From positions 21,575,360-21,639,359 of the forward strand of contig NC_043019.1 in NCBI RefSeq assembly GCF_006345805.1: a stretch of DNA of 64,000 nucleotides, read 5' to 3'. Below the pieces are notes generated by a model. It was not told the DNA's origin and did not search any database. It saw nothing but the letters and a program-made list of their open reading frames with translations. Numbering within the stretch: position 1 is the first letter of the stretch; each line of letters begins with the position of its first letter. The translations under genes and the position numbers were made by a program. Shown here piece by piece: positions 52,945 to 64,000 of this stretch. The stretch comes from Octopus sinensis. Taxonomy: Eukaryota.

Positions 52945-53637
52945 ACAATTGTCTTCTACCATGCGATACAAAATGAGAACTAGCACATTCAAACTGAAAA
53001 TGTTCCACTGGTACTTATGCCAAGATGAATGATCTCCATCTGGAAATCCCTCCTTTCCCATGTTCTTCCTGCAACATTAGATAGTTGTTTTAGATAGCCC
53101 TGGGTCGAGTCCCTTTCACCAGCAAAACTAATGGCACATATTTTAATTCTCAACACAATCATACACATTCAACTCAAATAATTACAACACATGGTACCTA
53201 TTTAATCTATCAAGATTCCATGAAGAGTATTTACCATGATTTTTGGTTACTTTGTAGATGTCAACCCCAAATGCTAGTCATAAATCTTTAAATACAACAA
53301 AGTATTAATTTCATTTCACTTTTATTCCAATTACATCCACGCCCCCTGCCTGTTTGTTGGTCTGTCCATCAAGGTTCTGTAGAATCTGTCACTATCATAA
53401 ATGTCGGTAGTTCCAGTTCTTTGGAGCTACAAGATCTAATGCGAAAATAAACAGATTGGATATTTGTTTCCCTGTGATTTGGTCAACAGATATAGACACC
53501 TCTGATGATGAAACCTCAATAAGGGTTGGAAAATGTTTATGGTAGCTCGCTTTTTTTATCTATAGAGAAATAGGTAAATTCAATATTTGTATGTCACCTA
53601 TGTATGTTTATATGTGTGTGTGTAGGGGGGTGTATAT

Positions 53638-53705
<68 letters not shown>

Positions 53706-54727
53706 GCAAGTTTCTTACCACACAGCCACGCACACCTGTACAAACATACATAGATTTATCAGTCTTGGTTCCCAGCATTTGATTAATTAGTCAAATGTCT
53801 AAGTCAACTTCTTAATTTCATCACCATCAACAACAACAACAACATCCTTATTTTTATTATCATCATTATTAATATTCTTATTTCTGTGTTTAGCTCTAAC
53901 TAGAGACTTAATGAAAGAGAATGGCTGACCACCAATTCTGAATCTTAATTGGCATCGGTGCTAGAACTGTACAAAAGAAAAATCTGCATTTCCAAGGAGC
54001 CAGCCAACCAACCTGATAGCATCATACGGTTTTATATCATCACTCATCTTCCTCCCACATCATTCTTTCTATTCTTATCCCTCTACCCCACTCCGTTACC
54101 TTTCTTCCTTGTTAGGCGGAATTTTCACAAAGTGATCAAAATTAACTCCAACTTAGACTCTCCCCTTCCAACACTGTGCTTCTCCACGAGACCAACCCCC
54201 CAACAACCTTGCCCTGCCCCACTCACTAACCTGCTGTTCGCTCTATTTTACGACTTCATTCATTACTAAGCTAATCAACTGATCTCTAAAATGGCTTAAT
54301 AATAATTGCTCATTCTCATTGTTGTTAGTCACTGCTGGAAAGTAAACCAATCAGTAGAATCTGTTCTATTTAGCAATTCTTATTTTTAAATCTAATTTCA
54401 TTTCATTTGTCTTGTTCCTATTATTGTTGCTATTATTTTGTTATTTTTCTTCTTCCACATCCCTAACCAATAACAGAAAAAAAAAAGAAGAAAAAAAAAA
54501 AGAAGAATGGATAAATAAAGACACATTTACCTTCTATGATTCCGGAAGATTTAAGAACTATTGAATTACTTTTATCTTCATATATTTCTTTATTTAGTTA
54601 GTTACACTCCACCCCTGCTGTTCCATATCTATTGCCCTACATCCGACTGCTAGTAATACCTGTGGTTTGTAGTCAATATCTCAAAAAGTTGTGATAGCAA
54701 AGAAGTAGCAACATGTAGAGCATTTCT

Positions 54728-55111
54728 GGATGTGTGGTAAGTAGCTTGCTTACCAACCACATGGTTCCGGGTTCAGTCCCACTGCATGGCACCTTGGGCA
54801 AGTGTCTTCTACTATAGCCTCAGGCCGACCAAAGCCTTGTGAGTGGATTTGGTAGACGGAAACTGAAAGAAGCCCGTCGTATATATGTATATATATATGT
54901 GGGTGCGTGTATGTTTGTGTGTCTGTGTTTGTCCCCCTAGCATTGCTTGACAACCGATGCTGGTGTGTTTACGTCCCCATCACTTAGCGGTTCGGCAAAA
55001 GAGACCGATAGAATAAGTACTGGGCTTACAAAGAATAAGTCCCGGGGTCGATTTGCTCGATTAAAGGTGGTGCTCCAGCATGGCCGCAGTCAAATGACTG
55101 AAACAAGTAAA
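54728..55111 (+). mobile_element. SINE family A (tRNA-like head), full-length
   Basis: A-box-like TGTGTGG and B-box-like GGTTCAGTCCC, then CCTTGGGCAAGTGTCTT, an internal TA/TG microsatellite and the tail ...GCAGTCAAATGACTGAAACAAGTAAAA. More than 10 copies occur in the window. Confidence 0.85.
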
Positions 55112-55361
55112 AAGAAAAAGAAAAGAAAGAATCTACTGTTAATATATGAAAGTGAAAGTTGAATAACTGTAAACCTACTTTTGGGCAACTGTCTTCTACT
55201 ACTTTGGGCTGACCAAAGACTTGTAAGTGGATTTAGTAGATGGAAACTGAAAGAAGCTAATCTTTATTAGCCCCCCCCCCCCTACACACACACACACACA
55301 CATACCGCTTGACAACCGGCAAAAGAGATTGATAGAATAAATAACGGGAAGGTTTACGAAA

Positions 55362-55520
55362 ATAAACAAAAGATGAAGGCAGGTGGAGTACAAACAAACA
55401 AATGTATTAGTATGGCGCTCAGGAATAGAAATAAAACAAGTCTTTTACGTTTCGAGCCTACGCTCTTCGACAGAAAGATACACAGAAAAGAAACAAGGAG
55501 AGAAAAAAATTTCGTGTAGG
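55362..55520 (-). mobile_element. Penelope pLTR-like repeat fragment carrying a hammerhead-like motif
   Basis: A related copy lies at 15060-15230 in the same orientation. Contains TCTTT-CTGTCGA-A-GAGCGTAGGCTC-GAAACGTA-AAAGA. Confidence 0.6.
55441..55478 (-). ncRNA. Minimal type-I hammerhead-ribozyme-like fold (variant core CUGUCGA)
   Basis: Stem I UCUUU/AAAGA; core CUGUCGA+A; stem II GAGC-(GUAG)-GCUC; GAA; palindromic stem III ACGU; putative cleavage triplet GUA. Position 6 is U instead of the canonical A. Confidence 0.55.
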
Positions 55521-55736
55521 GTCTAATGTACCAGACTTGAGAACAAAAAAAAAATAATTTGATTCAACTAAAACAAAATTCAAAGTGGTGTCCCAGCATG
55601 GCCATGGTCAAATAACTGAAACAAGTAAAAGATAAAGATTTGTCTGTCTGTATCTGTCTATCTATATGTGTGTGTGTGCTTGCATGTATATACATTTGAA
55701 ACATTCACCATACCAACACATATATATACACACACA

Positions 55737-55768
<32 letters not shown>

Positions 55769-56504
55769 AACTCTCCCACACACAACTCTGGTAATTCAAG
55801 AAGAATTACAAACAAGATTATTTTGGAAACTGAAATAAAGACAGAAAAACTCCACCCACCCTGTCCTCACCAGGGTGGGTCTGGTCTGTCTTTGTTTCAT
55901 ATCAATTACAATGAACAATAAACACAAGTCTCAAAAGTTGCTTACATCATAGAAGCTTGAAAATAATTCATTTTAATTGATGTGAAATAAAGACAGCAAA
56001 ACCACACATCGAAACGTCTCAAAATCAAGCAACAGTAATTTCAAACGTATCCTACTTCTAACGATTTATATCATATTTTCTTTATTCCATTTATTAATTT
56101 TAAGTTTTATTTATTTACGTTTTGTGTAAGGGTGGGGGGGTAGGATGGCAGCTATTTGAAGAAAGCACCATGCTCAATGAAGATGTCAGAATATTTTCAT
56201 TTGTCTGCGAGTGAGAGGTGTTAGTTTGGATCATTCTACAGAAAGTGTTTTTTTTAAGTATGGAGCAGGCATGTTATCCTGACATTTGCTTTTAAAACTT
56301 CTTTCAACTTTTCAGCAGATATATATATATATATATATTAAAAAAAAACAAAGAAATAATTGATTGAAGAAGACAAAATAAAAATAACAATAATTTCTGG
56401 TCTTGACTGATTGAAAGTGTTAACATATACAAAAGAAATGTAGCTAAGCACTTTGTCAGGTGTAATGATTCTGCCAGTTTGCTGCCTTAAATAATAACAT
56501 CATC

Positions 56505-57050
56505 ATCATCATCATCATCATCATCGTTTAGCGTCCGCTTTCCATGCTAGCATGGGTTGGACGGTTCAACTGGGGTCTGGGAAGCCAGAAGGCTGTGCCA
56601 GGCTCCAGTCTGATCTGGCAGTGTTTCTACAGCTGGATGCCCTTCCTAACGCCAACCACTCCGAGAGTGTAGTGGGTGCTTTTTACATGCCACCTGCACA
56701 GGTGCCAGACGAGGCTGGCAAATGCCCATGATCGAATGGTGCTTTTTACGTGCCACCAGCACGGGGGCCAGATGAGGCTGGCAAATGGCCACGATCGGAT
56801 GGTGCTTTTTATGTGCCACCTGCACAGGTGCAGACGAGGCTGGCAAACGGCCACGATCGGATGGTGCTTTTTACGCGCCACCGGCACAGGGGCCAGATGA
56901 GGCTGGCAATGGCCACAATCGGATGGTGCTTTTTATGCCCCACCGGCACGGAGGCCAGTTGGGGCGGGCGGTGCTGGCAACGGCCACGTTCAGATGGTTC
57001 TCTTACGTGCCACCAGCACTGGTATCACAGCTACAATTTCCATTAGCATA
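56505..57050 (-). mobile_element. Family-D retroposon (RTE-like 3' tail plus an internal ~62-bp minisatellite, ~6 units)
   Basis: (CAT)n tail, GTTTAGCGTCCGCTTTCCATGCTAGCATGG, the motif GGATGCCCTTCCTAACGCCAACC, and tandem GTGCTTTTTACRTGCCAC units. Confidence 0.75.
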
Positions 57051-57551
57051 GCACCAGCAATTGTAGCGGGAAAGTTGATCACAGTGGCCCCAGTACTTAC
57101 TTGGCTGGCACTTCAAAAGGGTGAAAGGCAGAGTTGACTTCAGCCAGAGTAAAGTCCAAAGAGCATTTTTTTCTGATGCTGTAACAGTTCTGCTAGTTCA
57201 CTGCCATAAATAATAATGGTTTCAAAATTTGGCAAAGGGCCCGCTGTTTTTGAGAGGAGCAGGAAGTTGATTTCATTGTCCTTCGTATTTGACTGGTAAA
57301 TTATTTTATCAGCCACAAAAGGATGAACAGCAAAGTTAACCTCAGAGGAATTTGAATTCAGAATGCAGAATAGACAAAATGCTGCTAAGCATTTTGTTGA
57401 GCATGCTAATAGCTAAAGCCAGCGATTTTGAGGGGAACCTTGGTATTTCACTGATATTCTATGTATTCTATAGACCCAGAAAGAATGAAAGACAAGCTGA
57501 CCATGGCAAGATTTGAACTAGTAGAGCTAACCCTCTCCAAAATTTGAAATC

Positions 57552-57589
<38 letters not shown>

Positions 57590-58020
57590 GAAGGCATCAA
57601 GTTGGCAGAAGCATTAGCACACCAGGCAAAATGCTTATGATATTTTGTCCATTTTTGCATCCTAAGTTCCAATGCCGATGAAGTCAACTTTGCCTTTCAT
57701 CCTTTCAGAACCAATAAAATAAGTACCAACTGATGACTGGGGCTGACGTAATCAACTTACTCCCTCCCCATAATTGCTGGCTTTGTGCCAAAAGTCGAAA
57801 CTATTATCAATAAGGTGGTGAGCTAGCAGATTCATTAGCTCACTGGGTAAAATGCTTAATGGCATTTCATCTGTCTTGAAGTTCTGAATTCAAATTCCAC
57901 CAAGATCGACTTTGCCTTTTATACTTTCAGGGTTGATATAATAAGTACCAGTTGAATACTGAGGTCGGTGTAATGAACTTACACCCCTCCCTTGAAATTT
58001 CTGGCCTTGTGCTAAAATTT
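57040..58020. repeat. Cluster of about five decayed family-B SINEs (three minus, then two plus)
   Basis: Repeated AAGGATGAA.GGCAAAGTTGAC motifs, then their reverse complements GTCAACTTTGCCTTTCATCC. Confidence 0.65.
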
Positions 58021-58520
58021 GAAATGATAATTATTATATTAAGAACATAACGATATGCTACAACATTGTGAAACTTCATTTAATTATATCTGTATATAAC
58101 TTCTGGCAAGTGATGCTAAATAGTTAAATATAATTTCAAAGATGGTTATCTAATAATCTAATTTAATAAATCCATTTACAGGCTTCCATCAGCAAAGACA
58201 TCATATTCTTACTTGCTTCAATTCATCAGCTCGAAAGAGCGCCCTTCCCCCACTGCCACCACCACCACCACACTTTAGATAAAGCAATTGATCGTCAAGA
58301 GAACACAATAGTAAAAACAATAGAAATATTTGCTGAACAAAAAATATTCATTCAAAATGACTAATTGTTCTTTTAATAGCAAATATATGAAGAGGAAAAG
58401 GACAACATGTTGATAGGAAAATATCAACAAACACCACTGTCCATAGCTCAGTGATTTTCAAATGAAATGCAAAATATAAACCTTCACAGAGACAAATATG
58501 CATATGTGTCTGTCAGTCTG

Positions 58521-58552
<32 letters not shown>

Positions 58553-58965
58553 TTAATTGAAGAGTACAGTATTATATATCCATTATGGCCAATCTTACCA
58601 ATCAGTTTCACACAGAGGGTTCAACAGGGTGTCAGACAACAGCCCGATTATGTAACCCTGTGCTCTTTGGAGATGGCCATTATGGAATGAATTATGATGA
58701 CTGCTCTCTATTTTTGGAGGTCAAAACACACATCCAGTTTGTGGTTGCTGCAAAAAAGACGACGAAACAAACCAACTGACAGAAAAATGGCATACTCAGT
58801 ACCATAAAAGAGATTATTGATATTTTATTTTCGTTGAGTCAGTTCCTTAATACTCTGAGTTTCACCTAAGATTCCTTTCCCTTCCCTTTTTTTTCCTTTT
58901 ATCATACTTTCGAACCATCACCATACCCTATGACAAGAAAACTATATATGTGTAAACCCCAACAA

Positions 58966-59003
<38 letters not shown>

Positions 59004-59964
59004 GTGTATGTATATGTACATGTGTGTGAGTGAGTATGTACACATGTGCTTGCATGTATGTATGCATGTGTGTGAATGTGTGTGTATATATATATCTTTG
59101 GTATGTTTGTGTGGTGTGTGTGTGTATCAGAATAGGAAAATGAACATGGTGTTTATGATATAAATTACAATATAATTCATTCCATCTTTGATGAAGAGCC
59201 ACTACTCAAAATTTTGGTTATTATTCTATTTCTTCTCTTTACAACGCATCAACATACTAAGTATTTGCATTTTAAAGAAACGAATCATGCTGATACAGAC
59301 TGTGGTTAGTCTCTTTGAATTTTTATGATTATATTTCATTTAAAATTAATATGGATTTGTTTTTTGTTGCTGTTAATTTTTTACGCTCAAAATTCAACTA
59401 ATAACCCTATTATTATATTCTCACTTTCAAATGAATAACTTTATTATTATCATTATTCTTCTAATTATTATTATTAGTAGTAGTAGCAGAACTATTATTA
59501 TTTCTACAGTATTGTAATATCATTATTATTATAACTACTACTACTACATACTATTGGTGGTTTTATTCCGACTACTACTAGTTATCATTATCATTATATT
59601 ATTGTTGTTCTTTTCTTTACGGTGGAGAAAAGTTAAATCTGCATTTGAGAAAACAAAAAAGAAAGAAAAAAGAGTCTGTGTAAATTTTATCTCTTCTGTT
59701 GAAAGAACAGAAACTAAATCTAAAATTTGGTCCCCACTTTTTGGTTTATTTTTACACATTATTTCCATAAGAATTTAAAAACTTGTTCTTGTCATTGTTA
59801 TCATGGTTTCTTTGTACGTCATTTTCCTCTTTTCTTTATTGTTATAAGAGCAGGACTTTAATTCTAATTGTACATCATGTGGAAGATATTATGATTGAAT
59901 ATTATTGGAAAAATAAAAGGTTGTACAGGAAGGGGTTACACAACAGCAACAATAATAATAATAA

Positions 59965-59995
<31 letters not shown>

Positions 59996-60562
59996 TAATA
60001 ATGATGATGATGATGATGATGATAGTAATAATAATGACAAAGATATGTTGTGTATGAATTTGTTAAGAAGACATTACAAGCTCTTTTCAGAGTTATTCCT
60101 TTTCTTCATTTGTCGTTTGTTTTAAGGAAATTTTCTTTTTAGTTTTTCTCTTTAAAACTTTTTAAAACTTTCTAGCATGGAGTGAAAACTTCTACCGATT
60201 ACTATTTTCTCACTGCTTCTGGTGTTGTACATTGGACTGCAGTCAAGCTTCAACAATACATTGAGGTTTCAGCCGATTATAATTGACAAACCTAAAGTTA
60301 GTGCTGTCTGATAATTTATTTGATCTGTTTCTATGTTGAAAAATGTTAAGTCACTTCATCTGTTTTTTTTTTGTTGTTTTGGTGTTTCTTTTGTTTTGTT
60401 TTTTTTTTTACATAAAGGGATGCAACAATGGTTTGCACCCACAAGCAAAGACACTCACAACAATTTATAAGTTTTGAAATTTACTTGCTTCAGTGATATA
60501 CAATGTCGAAAGATATATACATCCATTCACACATACAAACATATATACATACAAACAAACAT

Positions 60563-60601
<39 letters not shown>

Positions 60602-60636
60602 CATACACACACACATATGTAATATATATATACACA

Positions 60637-61170
60637 TCATCACCGTTTAATGTCCACTTTCCATGCTGGCATGGGTTGGATGGCTTGACTGAGGGCTAGC
60701 AAGCCAGAGGGCTGCACAAGAATCCAATATGATTTGGCAAATTTTCTACAGCTAGATGCCTTTCCTAACGCCAACCACTCCAAGAGTGTAATGGGTGCTT
60801 TTTATGAGCCAGTCAGGCAGTACTGGCATCGACCATGCTTGAATGGTGCTTTTTACATGCCACCGACCCGGGAGCCATTCAGGTGACACTGACAACAACC
60901 ACACTCAAATGGTGATTTTTACATGCCACCAGCATGGTACCAGTCAGCCGGCACTGGCATTGACCATGCTTGAATGGTGCTTTTTATGCACCACTGGCAT
61001 GGGAGCCAGTCAGGCAGTACTGGCAATGGTCACACTCAAATGGTGCTTTTTATGTACCACTGGCATGGAACCAGTCAGCCGGCATTGGCATCAACCACAC
61101 TTGAATGCTGCCTTTTACTTTCTGCTGCCACAGGTGCCGATTAGGCGGTACTGTCATCGGCCACAACAAT
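60637..61170 (-). mobile_element. Family-D retroposon (older, ~6 diverged units)
   Basis: Same tail and ATGGTGCTTTTTA..TGCCAC units. Confidence 0.7.
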
Positions 61171-61188
61171 CACTTCACTTGACTCAAC

Positions 61189-61222
<34 letters not shown>

Positions 61223-61710
61223 ATGTATGTATGTATGTATGTATATATGTATGTATATATATATATAAAGATATGAGGGGTTTAGTTCAATGGTGACCTA
61301 AACGAAAAGGTAGTATGGGAAGGGGTTAAATAACAAAAACAACAGTAATAATAACAACAAAGTTATGTTATGTATGAATTTGTTATGACATTACAAGCTC
61401 TTTTCATACATACATACATATATATATATACACATATACACTCACATTTATACATATATATATACACACACACACACACACAAACTTCTAGTAAGACATG
61501 GCACCTCAACTAAAAGGTTGTTCCTGTTGCAGGTGATGCCTATAAAGATGTAGAATGAGAGAACCAAGCTTCTTTAGAAATATTCCAGTTTTCAGGAACC
61601 AAATTTAAATTAATCATGCATGAAGTGGTTCAAAGCAAGAGAAATGTCAAAAAGTGTTAGCAGCTGAATCACTCAAGCAATTTGACAAAATCTATGACGG
61701 TGCACAACAA

Positions 61711-61747
<37 letters not shown>

Positions 61748-62229
61748 AAGTGCCCCATAAAGAAGGAAGCATTTAACTTTGGTGAAATGCTATCAATGTA
61801 GTCTAGTGCACAAGATATTATGTTATTTTTAAATATGCATGCATGTGTAGCAATGAATGTGTGCATGTATGTACACACATGAATGTGTATGCATGTATAC
61901 ACACAAATATGCACACACATATGTACATATACATATATGAATAAATAACTGTATGTACATGGAGGCATGTATTAACAGAATAACTATAGCTATTTACCTG
62001 TGCTTAAAGTTCCACGATAAAAAACTTAAGAACTGTAGTTTAACTACTTTAAATTTACTTTAGGTTTTGTAGTAGACAGTATTGTGCATACATATTTATC
62101 AATATTATATTATATCATATAATATATGGTGCTCCAGCATGGCTGCAGTCAAATGACTGAAACAAGTAAAAGAATAAAGGGGCTAAGATATCTTGTACCT
62201 CGCTGTACTTGATAAGACCCATCTACCAT

Positions 62230-62565
62230 AGCAGAATTGACACCAGTGCTGGAGCCACATAAAAAGCACTAGTGATGGTGCCACATAAAAGGCACTAGTA
62301 ATGGTGCCACATAAAAAGCACTAGTGATGGTGCCACATAAAAAGCACTAGTAATGGTGCCACATGAAAAGCACTAGTAATGATGCCACATGAAAAGCACT
62401 AGTAATGGTGTCATGTAAAAAGTACTGGTGCTACATAAAAAGCACCCAACACACTCATAAAGTGGTTGGCAATAGAAAGGGCAGCTGGCTGTAGAACAGA
62501 CAATGGAGCCTAGGGTGGCCCCTGGGCTTACCAGCTCCTGTTGAACCATTGAGCCCATACTAGAT
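62230..62565 (+). repeat. Family-D retroposon with a 26-bp tandem array (~7 units)
   Basis: GTGCCACATAAAAAGCACTAGTRATG repeated head-to-tail from about 62260 to 62450, followed by the family-D tail. Confidence 0.75.
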
Positions 62566-63014
62566 GATATATATATCGAGAGAGAGAGCTATACACACTT
62601 GTTTAAGTGGAAATATTTTGCAGCTGATGGCTGACTCCATCCAGCTTCTACATGCTCATCCAGGCATACAAATATGAAATATGGAAGGTAAGTAATGACA
62701 AAGTGAATCAACACAACACTTATACAAACAGATTTGGATATGGTTGTCTGATTTACAACCATGTGGTTCCAGACACACTTCCACTGCATATCAGCTTACC
62801 AGGTGTCTTCTATTACAGAATCAGGCTCATCTTATGAGTGTGTAATTTTGTTGCTGAGTTTTGATGTGTGCATATGTGCATGAACAGGTGTGAGTGTATG
62901 TCTCTCTTTGTGTGAGTCTGAGTGAGTATGTATGCATGCATTATAGGTGCAAGCACAGAAGTGTGCTTTACAAAGATTGTCAGGCAATCATGTTTCAGGT
63001 TTAGTCCCACCTCA

Positions 63015-63457
63015 TATGTGGCTGTGTGGTAAGAAGCTTGCTTCCCAATCACATGGTTCCAGGTTCAGTCCCACTGTGTGGAACATTGGACAAGTGTGTT
63101 CTGCTATAGCCTTGAGCCAATCAAAGCCTTATGAGTGGATTTGTTAGATGGAAACTGAAAGAAGCTGATTGTGCATAAAGATTCGTGTGTCTGTGGGGTA
63201 GGTGTTCATATCTCCTTGTGTTGATATTGTACACTATTTGCAAACAAATATGACCACCAAGCAAACAGTACCATTTGTTTGGAATCTTCTATGAAAACAT
63301 GTCCAGCCATTGTGCTGTTCATGTTCAAAGCTCCTGGGAAAATATTGCCTTGATTGGAAACAGAGAGAGCATTTGGCCATAAAGCTAAAATCTGCCACAA
63401 TGTATTTCATCTGACCCATGCAAGCATGGAAAAGTGGACTTTAAACTGATAATGATA
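63015..63457 (+). mobile_element. SINE family A2 (family-A head with an alternative 3' body ending in an RTE-like tail)
   Basis: Head as in family A; 3' end CCCATGCAAGCATGGAAAAGTGGAC followed by TGAT repeats. Related copies at about 270-545 and 27612-27985. Confidence 0.7.
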
Positions 63458-63719
63458 TATATATATGTATGTGCATATATAAATGTGTATATAAACTTAT
63501 ACATTATATACGTACACATGCCCACATTTCACACACACACACATACAAGTACATACAGGCAAATTTTTTGTACATTGGCACAATATGACATACAAGCCTT
63601 AATACATTCCTGTTATATCATAAATGTGTGTGTATGCATGCATTGATGTACAAATGTTATATAATACTTCATTTATAGTCATATACTACTGTATAGATTA
63701 CAGATGCATTTCTATGCAT

Positions 63720-63744
63720 GTACATATCTGTGTGTGTGTTTGTG

Positions 63745-63779
<35 letters not shown>

Positions 63780-63784
63780 GTATA

Positions 63785-63839
<55 letters not shown>

Positions 63840-63980
63840 ATATATATATATATGTATGTATGTGTAATATATATATATATAATATATATATATATGTATG
63901 TATGTGTATATATATATTATATATATATATATATGTATATATATGTATGCATGTGTGTATAAATATATATATATACACAC
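63720..63980. repeat. Compound (TA)n/(TATG)n microsatellite
   Basis: Directly visible. Confidence 0.95.
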
Positions 63981-64000
63981 ACATATGGTATCTGTATATA

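Noticed and set aside
62260-62450. CRISPR-like array of 26-bp repeats
   Set aside because: The units are head-to-tail with no unique spacers, there are no cas genes, the context is eukaryotic, and the array is part of a family-D retroposon.

Overview
This is AT-rich, microsatellite-dense eukaryotic DNA whose repeat content (tRNA-headed SINE families, RTE/CR1 LINE remnants, mariner/maT relics) suggests an octopus genome; the taxon is inferred from remembered repeat families and has not been checked by a database search. The only host gene I can support is a PATJ/MPDZ-family multi-PDZ polarity scaffold on the minus strand. Two exons are visible (36705-36784 and 26639-26812), both with canonical splice sites, joining in frame across a 9,892-bp intron. 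The rest appears to be intronic and transposon-derived: at least five SINE-like families, TTAA-flanked MITEs, a Helitron, two mariner-superfamily transposase relics, LINE fragments, foldback elements and Penelope-like pieces. The most interesting signal is a set of minimal type-I hammerhead-ribozyme-like folds in Penelope-like repeats; the best is at 55441-55478 (minus strand) and has a non-canonical U at core position 6. There are no CRISPR arrays, rRNA genes or true tRNA genes, and nearly all ORFs in the supplied track are repeat or microsatellite artefacts. Repeat boundaries were read by eye and are approximate unless target-site duplications or terminal repeats are cited.
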